Sequence record: MF158046
Strand: one strand, 5' to 3'
Source: Shigella phage Sf23
Length of the DNA: 64,000 nucleotides
Positions 56,161 through 64,000 of this stretch are shown in pieces. Every line of letters starts with the position of its first letter. The stretch's first letter is position 1. The notes beneath the pieces were generated by a model. It ran no database searches. It had not been told where the DNA came from and worked only from the letters and a program-made list of their open reading frames with translations. The position numbers were made by a program, and so were the translations under genes.

Positions 56161-56444
56161 GCTGCATTAATATAAGTATATTTAATACATTCAAGACTTA
56201 AAGGATTCTTGAAAATATCATATTCAAGAGGACCTTTTTCTGTTTCAATAAAGAAATCAAAATTTACTGTATTAAATTTACGGTCTTCCTTCACTAATTT
56301 AACCTGAGAAGATGAACGGTCAATGTAAACCTTTTCAACTTCAAAACATGTTAAAATGCCATAATCATCAATCAAGGCTTTAGCTGCTTCTTGATCATAT
56401 TTATATCCATTTTCAATGGACGATACTTTAGCATAAAGAATCAT
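56154..56444 (-). CDS. hypothetical protein (96 aa)
   Basis: ORF coupled to neighbour. Confidence 0.5.
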   Translation of the reverse strand: MILYAKVSSIENGYKYDQEAAKALIDDYGILTCFEVEKVYIDRSSSQVKLVKEDRKFNTVNFDFFIETEKGPLEYDIFKNPLSLECIKYTYINAAW

Positions 56445-56446
56445 TA

Positions 56447-56827
56447 TTACCCTTCATCAACAATAGTATGAGTGTGGGCATTTACAATTTGCCACCAATC
56501 AAAGCGATTAGAACCATACATTGGTTTGTTCTCATTTTCTTTGATAATGTCACGGAGTTCATCTTCGGTAGCGGCTTTCGCGATTAAATCAGCATATCCA
56601 CCGCGAGGATAATAATTATCACCTGCAAAAAGTAAAAAGTTTGGTTTAATGTTATTGAACTCTTCAAGAGTAATAACTGTTCCACCAGGTTGAACAATAT
56701 CTACATAACTATATCCTAATTTTTGAGCAGCATCTACTGCTTCAAGCAAGGTATCATGAGCCCATCCAATTTGGCAATCTGGCTTTTCAGATGGATTAGC
56801 CTGATAATCTGCATATACTTTATACAT
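56447..56827 (-). CDS. hypothetical protein (126 aa from first ATG)
   Basis: Start trimmed to MYKVYADYQ, which abuts the upstream stop. Confidence 0.5.
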   Translation of the reverse strand: MYKVYADYQANPSEKPDCQIGWAHDTLLEAVDAAQKLGYSYVDIVQPGGTVITLEEFNNIKPNFLLFAGDNYYPRGGYADLIAKAATEDELRDIIKENENKPMYGSNRFDWWQIVNAHTHTIVDEG

Positions 56828-56828
56828 T

Positions 56829-57014
56829 TTACTCACCTTTAGAAATTTTATCCATAACGATAGCAATTAAACCAATTAAAAATGCTACTACAAGTGAAAA
56901 TACATTTTCTGCTGTAGTTAATAATCCGCATATAAATCCAACAAACATTGAAAAACTAAAAGCGGAAGCAGAAATTGCAATAGCAACATTTCGAATTAAT
57001 TCACAGCGTTTCAT
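56829..57014 (-). CDS. small membrane protein (61 aa from first ATG)
   Basis: Two TM helices; track ORF extension to 57074 is promoter read-through (TITLSTT artefact). Confidence 0.45.
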   Translation of the reverse strand: MKRCELIRNVAIAISASAFSFSMFVGFICGLLTTAENVFSLVVAFLIGLIAIVMDKISKGE

Positions 57015-57019
57015 TTTAT

Positions 57020-57075
57020 TCTCCTCAGTAGTTGATAGGGTAATAGTATCACTACTAAAACCCCGTGTAAACAAC
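57020..57075 (-). promoter_or_regulatory. early-type promoter
   Basis: GTAAACAACTTTGTGAAATTATTTT and TAATAGTATCAC on plus; twin of the 57375 copy. Confidence 0.5.
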
Positions 57076-57084
57076 TTTGTGAAA

Positions 57085-57342
57085 TTATTTTAAATCTTCT
57101 AATCGTTTCTTCATCTTAGAACCATTTTTAGCGATTTCTCCTGCGTCAGAGCATAATGCTAAAAGTGCTTTAACTTTAGTTTGGTCTCCTTTAAAAGACG
57201 AAGGATCGACTGCAGCAGCAAGTTCTTTAATACGAGAGAAAAGACGCTCAGCTTCAGCTAAAGCCATTCCAAGCTTTACTTCCATACCATGAGAAGATTC
57301 AGTGATAATAGTTTCTGTAGCAAACTCTTTATAAGTTTTCAT
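57085..57342 (-). CDS. internal-protein-like capsid protein at the ipI locus (85 aa)
   Basis: N-terminus MKTYKEFATETIITE (CTS-like, I-x-E site); adjacent to 57B where T4 carries ipI. Confidence 0.6.
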   Translation of the reverse strand: MKTYKEFATETIITESSHGMEVKLGMALAEAERLFSRIKELAAAVDPSSFKGDQTKVKALLALCSDAGEIAKNGSKMKKRLEDLK

Positions 57343-57372
57343 TTTATTTTTCCTAATTAATTTTGATGAGGT

Positions 57373-58112
<740 letters not shown>

Positions 58113-58113
<1 letters not shown>

Positions 58114-58838
58114 TATAGTACCTTTAGTGTATTTTTAATTTTAGAAAAAAGTTCTTCAAGAGAACCATCGTTTGTAATTACTAAATCACCATCACGAATT
58201 GGCAATCCAGCTTCTGTAATATGTGTATCATTGGATTTTTGACCAGGACGAACTACATGAATTACTGTAGCACCCATCGCCCTAGCCGCATCCATTTCAT
58301 GATCTTGACGAGTATCAGGAACGATATAATAATCATAACCTGAGTTAAATTTATCAAGATAATCTAAAGCAAATAATTTTACCCAGTACATGCGGTCGAA
58401 GTTATTAACAATCAAATCCGTACCTAGGGCTTGCATCAGACGACGGACTGACCATTGATCTTCAATATTATTTATAACGTCAATAATCTTGTTAAATGCT
58501 ACGGAATTAACTGATTCTTCTCCTTCGTCATCAAAAACAAACACACCTTTAATTGGGCTTTTACCATTAAGATAGCAAAATGCTTGTTCCATAATCGCGA
58601 TTACTTCTGATTTAGTCAGATTTAAATTAGTCTCACGATCATAGTCAATTCCTTCAAACTCTTTACGAGTTAAGCAAGGATAGTCAGTGTTTGCTGCAAA
58701 TACTCCCCATGCATAAGCCAATGCATCCTTAATAGGACCAGCAAGTTGGTATTTAACTGCAGAATAATTGCTCATGATAAAATCAGCAGTAGTATCTTTT
58801 CCACTACGCTTTACACCGCTTAAAAAGATTAGTTTCAT
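58113..58838 (-). CDS. 1: deoxynucleoside monophosphate kinase gp1
   Basis: 241 aa from ATG MKLIFLSG (T4 gp1 is 241 aa); P-loop GVKRSGKDT; track ORF has an upstream non-ATG start. Confidence 0.9.
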
Positions 58839-58887
58839 GTGTTTCTCCTCAAATTTAATTAAGATTATAACACACAAAACTGAAGCA

Positions 58888-59418
58888 TTAAACTTCTGCT
58901 ATAATTTTTCCATCTTTTTCTACTTGAAAATAGGTGTAAGGAATCGTTGCAGTACATACTAACGCCGGGTCTGAATCTTCTGTGTAGCTAAATTCTACTT
59001 CAGATAGGTCAGAAACCCAAGGCTTATAAAAATTTATTGACATCACGATTTCAGTTTTGCTATTATCTAAGATGTAAAGCGTAATGTACTCAGGACCTGT
59101 TTTTTGGGCAGTATTTTCACCTGTAAGATAGTTGCTAGTTCCTAGCATCCATTCATACATTCCTATCCACGACTTAAGTTCTTCATCAACTATAAATCTC
59201 ACAATGAGTGGATCATACTCAAATGTAACACCTGGACGTTGTGCTCGGCCCAGTCCAAACGGCCCAGTCACGGTATCAGTAACAGGTATTCTAATTCCTG
59301 GAATAGGAACTGACTGAGCATTTAAAGTAAAAGCAGATGTAGTATTACTATGTGGTATTGATACTACAAAGTTAGTTGTATTTGCTTGGTTAAAAATTTG
59401 TTGCAGAGCTTGCGACAT
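58888..59418 (-). CDS. 3: gp3 tail completion/sheath stabilizer
   Basis: 176 aa from internal ATG MSQALQQ (T4 gp3 is 176 aa); synteny 1-3-2-4. Confidence 0.75.
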   Translation of the reverse strand: MSQALQQIFNQANTTNFVVSIPHSNTTSAFTLNAQSVPIPGIRIPVTDTVTGPFGLGRAQRPGVTFEYDPLIVRFIVDEELKSWIGMYEWMLGTSNYLTGENTAQKTGPEYITLYILDNSKTEIVMSINFYKPWVSDLSEVEFSYTEDSDPALVCTATIPYTYFQVEKDGKIIAEV

Positions 59419-59524
59419 ATATTCCTCATAATGCTTTATAACTGTTGGTGGTATAATGGGTCTAAGTCCCTTCCATTCAATTCCATTTAGAACAAACAAT
59501 AGAAAAGAATGGAAGATAATAGAA

Positions 59525-60349
59525 TTAGATATTTGACCAGACTTTGTTTGCAGAGAAACGTTTTCCTTTTGAAACGAACTGCTGAAGTGGCATTAATACA
59601 ACGTTCGCCCAGTCTTTCGGGGCGATTTCAACAAGGCTACCCATAATATTACCGGGTATATATGCCTTAATCATTTGGTCTGCACCCCTAAATCCTTTCA
59701 CTTGACTCCAATCAATTTTTAATTTCGTTTTATTAGTAATAGTAGGTGTATTTGCATATTGCTTTAAAAGCTCTTCTAGGAATTGCTGACGAGCTTTAGG
59801 TGGAATATAGTGCAAGTTCAATCCGTACATTAAGTTATGCTTACCTAAACCAAGGTAAATTATTAAAGGAAATTTATCCCAGTAAGGAAGAGTTTCCTTG
59901 TGTTTAGCATCATAAGCAAAAGCATATATTCGCCCCGGCTGCGGGCGAACAACTTTATGTCCTTTTACTTGCTTAATAGTTTCGGCAAACCATTTTCTGG
60001 TTTTATTATTAATTGCTGCACCTTCATTACGAATTTTATCGCGCAATGTTTGTCTGAATGAATTTATCATAAGCAGTTGTCTTTCTTGCTTATTGAGCTT
60101 ATTCATTGGTTTTGATTCAAGCTTTTGAATCTTTTCAGCCGTTTTAATTCCTGAAGCATATTTTGACATTGCCGAAGTAAACGTAGAGTATTTGATTCCT
60201 CTTTCTTCAGCAAATTGCTTTCCTGTCATTCCTTTTGCTTTGGCCTTTTTATATTCAAGACCTATTTGAATCCATTTCTTTTCGTTTAATGATTGCTTAA
60301 CCTTTGGAACTTGGGGAGTGCTTTCATTAATTATTTGAAAAATAGCCAT
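59525..60349 (-). CDS. 2: gp2 DNA end protector protein
   Basis: 274 aa as in T4 gp2; basic; synteny. Confidence 0.8.
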
Positions 60350-60801
60350 TATGCCCCCTTAAAGCCAAGAGCTCGTAATCCATCTTCTGTTAGAATTCTA
60401 AATTTTATTCCACGCTTTTCAGCTAAAGCTTGCGCTGCTTTCCATTTGTCGGTATTAACGGAATATGTATAAATTTCATTCATAAATCTTTTCTTCGCTG
60501 CAGTTGTTAGATGTGCTGGTTTAACTGGTGGTTGTGTTTCTTTTTTAGGTTTTATTTCAATAAAAAATTCTTGTCCAGAAGAATCTTTCATCCAAATATC
60601 CATGAAGTATCTACGTTTTTTCCCTTCTGCATTACAAAAATAAGGAATTACTGCTGTTTCACTACCCCATGCAATAATTTCTGGATTTTTATCTAACCAT
60701 TCAAAAAAGAATTTTTCCCAATTTGATCTATACGTAATTTTTTTAGGGTCACCTCTATACTTTGATATATTTTTAGGAACCCATTTTCCAGAATATGCCA
60801 T
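60349..60801 (-). CDS. 4: gp4 head completion protein
   Basis: 150 aa as in T4 gp4; late promoter upstream. Confidence 0.8.
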
Positions 60802-60812
60802 TGGATTCTCCT

Positions 60813-60820
60813 TATAAATA
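60813..60820 (+). promoter_or_regulatory. late promoter for gene 53 (plus strand)
   Basis: TATAAATA on plus, about 28 nt upstream of gp53 ATG. Confidence 0.65.
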
Positions 60821-60827
60821 GATAATA

Positions 60828-60835
60828 TATTTATA
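60828..60835 (-). promoter_or_regulatory. late promoter for gene 4 (minus strand), divergent from the gene 53 promoter
   Basis: rc is TATAAATA, about 27 nt upstream of gp4 ATG; the two late -10 boxes sit back-to-back within 25 bp. Confidence 0.6.
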
Positions 60836-60848
60836 AACAGGAGGGCCC

Positions 60849-61439
60849 ATGCTCTTTACATTTTTTGATCCGATTGAATATGCGGCCAAAACGGTGAATA
60901 AAAACGCGCCGACTATTCCTATGACAGATATTTTTAGAAACTATAAAGACTATTTTAAACGCGCTCTTGCGGGATACCGCTTACGTACTTATTATATCAA
61001 AGGTTCACCACGCCCGGAAGAATTAGCAAATACTATATATGGAAATCCACAGTTGTATTGGGTTTTATTGATGTGTAATGATAATTATGATCCATATTAT
61101 GGATGGATTACTTCGCAAGAAGCTGCTTATCAAGCATCTATACAAAAATACAAAAACGTAGGTGGAGACCAAATAGTATATCATGTGAATGAAAACGGTG
61201 AAAAATTTTACAATTTAATATCATACGATGATAATCCATATGTTTGGTATGATAAAGGCGATAAAGCTAAAAAATATCCTCAATATGAAGGAGCGCTTGC
61301 TGCTGTTAATACGTATGAAGCTGCTGTTCTTGAAAATGAAAAACTTCGTCAAATAAAAATAATAGCAAAATCAGACATCAATTCATTTATGAACGACCTT
61401 ATACGTATAATGGAGAAATCTTATGGAAATGATAAGTAA
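60849..61439 (+). CDS. 53: gp53 baseplate wedge protein
   Basis: 196 aa as in T4 gp53; late promoter TATAAATA 28 nt upstream; overlaps gene 5 start. Confidence 0.8.
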   Translation: MLFTFFDPIEYAAKTVNKNAPTIPMTDIFRNYKDYFKRALAGYRLRTYYIKGSPRPEELANTIYGNPQLYWVLLMCNDNYDPYYGWITSQEAAYQASIQKYKNVGGDQIVYHVNENGEKFYNLISYDDNPYVWYDKGDKAKKYPQYEGALAAVNTYEAAVLENEKLRQIKIIAKSDINSFMNDLIRIMEKSYGNDK

Positions 61440-63471
61440 TAACCTCAATTGGTTTGTTGGTGTTGTTGAAGATAGAATGGACCCATTGAAATTAGGTCGT
61501 GTTCGTGTTCGTGTTGTTGGTCTGCATCCACCTCAAAGAGCACAAGGTGATGTAATGGGTATTCCAACTGAAAAATTACCATGGATGTCAGTTATTCAAC
61601 CTATAACTTCTGCAGCAATGTCTGGAATTGGAGGCTCCGTTACTGGACCGGTAGAAGGAACTAGAGTTTATGGTCATTTTTTAGACAAATGGAAAACCAA
61701 CGGAATTGTTCTTGGCACGTATGGTGGAATAGTTCGCGAAAAACCGAATAGACTTGAAGGATTTTCTGATCCAACTGGACAATATCCTAGACGTTTAGGA
61801 AATGATACTAACGTACTAAACCAAGGCGGAGAAGTAGGATATGATTCGTCTTCTAACGTTATCCAAGATAGTAACTTAGACACCGCAATAAATCCCGATG
61901 ATAGACCACTATCAGAGATTCCAACTGATGATAATCCAAATATGTCAATGGCTGAAATGCTTCGCCGTGATGAAGGATTAAGACTAAAAGTTTATTGGGA
62001 TACTGAAGGATATCCGACAATTGGTATTGGTCATCTTATCATGAAACAGCCAGTTCGTGATATGGCTCAAATTAATAAAGTTTTATCAAAACAAGTTGGT
62101 CGTGAAATTACTGGAAATCCAGGTTCTATTACAATGGAAGAAGCGGTAACTTTATTTGAACGTGATTTAGCTGATATGCAACGTGACATTAAATCACATT
62201 CTAAAGTAGGACCAGTCTGGCAAGCTGTCAACCGTTCTCGTCAAATGGCATTAGAAAATATGGCATTTCAGATGGGTGTTGGCGGTGTAGCTAAATTTAA
62301 CACAATGTTAACTGCTATGTTAGCAGGAGATTGGGAAAAAGCATATAAAGCTGGTCGTGATTCGTTGTGGTATCAACAAACAAAAGGCCGTGCATCCCGT
62401 GTTACCATGATTATTCTTACCGGAAATTTGGAATCATATGGTATTGAAGTTAAAACACCAGCTAGGTCTTTGTCGGCAATGGCTGCTACTGTGGCGAAGT
62501 CTTCTGATCCAGCTGACCCTCCTATTCCAAATGACTCAAGAATTTTATTCAAAGAACCAGTTTCTTCATATAAAGGCGAATATCCGTATGTTCACACAAT
62601 GGAAACTGAAAGCGGTCATATTCAGGAATTTGATGATACCCCTGGGCAAGAACGATATAGATTAGTTCATCCAACTGGAACTTATGAAGAAGTATCACCG
62701 TCAGGAAGAAGAACAAGAAAAACTGTCGATAATTTGTATGATATAACCAACGCTGATGGTAATTTTTTGGTAGCCGGCGATAAAAAGACTAACGTCGGTG
62801 GATCAGAAATTTATTACAACATGGATAATCGTCTTCACCAAATAGATGGAAGCAATACGATATTTGTGCGTGGAGATGAAACTAAGACAGATAAAGGCGA
62901 ATATCCGTATGTTCACACAATGGAAACTGAAAGCGGTCATATTCAGGAATTTGATGATACCCCTGGGCAAGAACGATATAGATTAGTTCATCCAACTGGA
63001 ACTTATGAAGAAGTATCACCGTCAGGAAGAAGAACAAGAAAAACTGTCGATAATTTGTATGATATAACCAACGCTGATGGTAATTTTTTGGTAGCCGGCG
63101 ATAAAAAGACTAACGTCGGTGGATCAGAAATTTATTACAACATGGATAATCGTCTTCACCAAATAGATGGAAGCAATACGATATTTGTGCGTGGAGATGA
63201 AACTAAGACAGTTGAAGGTAATGGAACTATCCTAGTTAAAGGTAATGTTACTATTGTAGTTGAAGGTAATGCTGACATTACAGTTAAAGGAGATGCTACC
63301 ACTTTAGTTGAAGGAAATCAAACTAATACAGTAAATGGAAATCTTTCTTGGAAAGTTGCTGGGACAGTTGATTGGGACGTTGGTGGTGATTGGACAGAAA
63401 AAATGGCATCTATGAGTTCTATTTCATCTGGTCAATACACAATTGATGGATCGAGGATTGACATTGGCTAA
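61423..63471 (+). CDS. 5: gp5 baseplate hub/tail lysozyme with internal 107-aa tandem duplication
   Basis: 682 aa vs 575 aa in T4; OB domain, lysozyme domain similar to gpe (EGLRLKVYWDTEGYPTIGIGHL), C-terminal VxGxxxxx beta-helix repeats; exact 321-bp tandem repeat accounts for the extra length. Confidence 0.9.
   Translation: MEMISNNLNWFVGVVEDRMDPLKLGRVRVRVVGLHPPQRAQGDVMGIPTEKLPWMSVIQPITSAAMSGIGGSVTGPVEGTRVYGHFLDKWKTNGIVLGTYGGIVREKPNRLEGFSDPTGQYPRRLGNDTNVLNQGGEVGYDSSSNVIQDSNLDTAINPDDRPLSEIPTDDNPNMSMAEMLRRDEGLRLKVYWDTEGYPTIGIGHLIMKQPVRDMAQINKVLSKQVGREITGNPGSITMEEAVTLFERDLADMQRDIKSHSKVGPVWQAVNRSRQMALENMAFQMGVGGVAKFNTMLTAMLAGDWEKAYKAGRDSLWYQQTKGRASRVTMIILTGNLESYGIEVKTPARSLSAMAATVAKSSDPADPPIPNDSRILFKEPVSSYKGEYPYVHTMETESGHIQEFDDTPGQERYRLVHPTGTYEEVSPSGRRTRKTVDNLYDITNADGNFLVAGDKKTNVGGSEIYYNMDNRLHQIDGSNTIFVRGDETKTDKGEYPYVHTMETESGHIQEFDDTPGQERYRLVHPTGTYEEVSPSGRRTRKTVDNLYDITNADGNFLVAGDKKTNVGGSEIYYNMDNRLHQIDGSNTIFVRGDETKTVEGNGTILVKGNVTIVVEGNADITVKGDATTLVEGNQTNTVNGNLSWKVAGTVDWDVGGDWTEKMASMSSISSGQYTIDGSRIDIG
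62570..63211 (+). repeat. perfect tandem direct duplication, 2 x 321 bp, inside gene 5
   Basis: 62570..62890 is base-for-base identical to 62891..63211; in frame (107 codons); junction encodes ...RGDETKT-DKGEYPYV... Confidence 0.95.
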
Positions 63472-63481
63472 TATACTTCCA

Positions 63482-64000
63482 ATGAGCGCTGATTTAGGAG
63501 AATCCATGGAAGGTTCTTCTATCGACGTCACCTTTACCGCTCAATTAGAAACAGGTGAAACGTTAGTATCTATAAATATAACTAGTTACGAAGAAACTCC
63601 TGGGGTTTTAGTAGAAGAAAATCGCTTATACGGAACATATGAATCTGTGTTTGGTTTTGGAAATGACGCGTTGAAATATCGTTTAGGCGATGAATTTAAA
63701 ACTGCTGCTTCATGGGAAGAACTTCCAACTGATTCTAATACTCAGTTGTATTTGTGGAAAGCTCCCCAAAACCTCCAGAAGACATTCACTTACGAAGTAA
63801 CATTAATATATGACTATCAAGAACAAAGTGAATCTGGAGGTTCTGGCAGTAATTCTAGGTCATCTTCTGATACTACTGAACCGACAGATCCTCCTGCTCC
63901 AGTAAGAAAAACTCTCGTTAAAAATTATACTAAAACTATAGTTGGAAATTGGAGTCGTTGGGCTAATAAGCTGAGAAGCTATGTGTATGAGAGGCCATAA
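63482..64000 (+). CDS. hypothetical protein (5.1 position, 172 aa from first ATG after gene 5 stop)
   Basis: ORF downstream of gene 5, ending at the last base of the window; Ser/Gly-rich acidic segment. Confidence 0.5.
   Translation: MSADLGESMEGSSIDVTFTAQLETGETLVSINITSYEETPGVLVEENRLYGTYESVFGFGNDALKYRLGDEFKTAASWEELPTDSNTQLYLWKAPQNLQKTFTYEVTLIYDYQEQSESGGSGSNSRSSSDTTEPTDPPAPVRKTLVKNYTKTIVGNWSRWANKLRSYVYERP

Overview
This window is a near-contiguous core segment of a T-even (T4-like) Escherichia myovirus genome, densely packed with genes mostly on the minus strand. In descending coordinate order of transcription it carries the late baseplate/head-completion genes 4-2-3-1-57A-57B, a 10-tRNA cluster, e lysozyme, denV, regB, tk, rI, a long block of small accessory ORFs, nrdC, pin, 49, nrdD-nrdG-nrdH, 55, a-gt, 47/46, rpbA, 45-44-62, regA, 43 (DNA polymerase, 898 aa), imm, 42, a glycosyltransferase, uvsX, 40, 41, dmd, sp, 61, 56 and soc. 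Genes 53 and 5 run on the plus strand at the right end. Identifications rest on protein length, motifs, recalled T4 sequences and strict T4 synteny; nothing was searched against a database. The phage is not T4 itself: nrdD is an uninterrupted 605-aa ORF, there are no ipII/ipIII genes between denV and e, a different glycosyltransferase sits at the beta-gt locus, and the tRNA cluster includes Tyr and Asn. The most unusual features are a perfect 321-bp in-frame tandem duplication inside gene 5, four ORFs with the T4 internal-protein capsid-targeting N-terminus (MKTYxEF), several tandem paralog families in the accessory block, and a 49-bp repeat that gives two adjacent genes the same C-terminal tail. 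Many ORF-track N-termini are artefacts of TTG/GTG starts or read-through of conserved early-promoter sequence, so starts were trimmed to the first ATG where T4 protein lengths support it.
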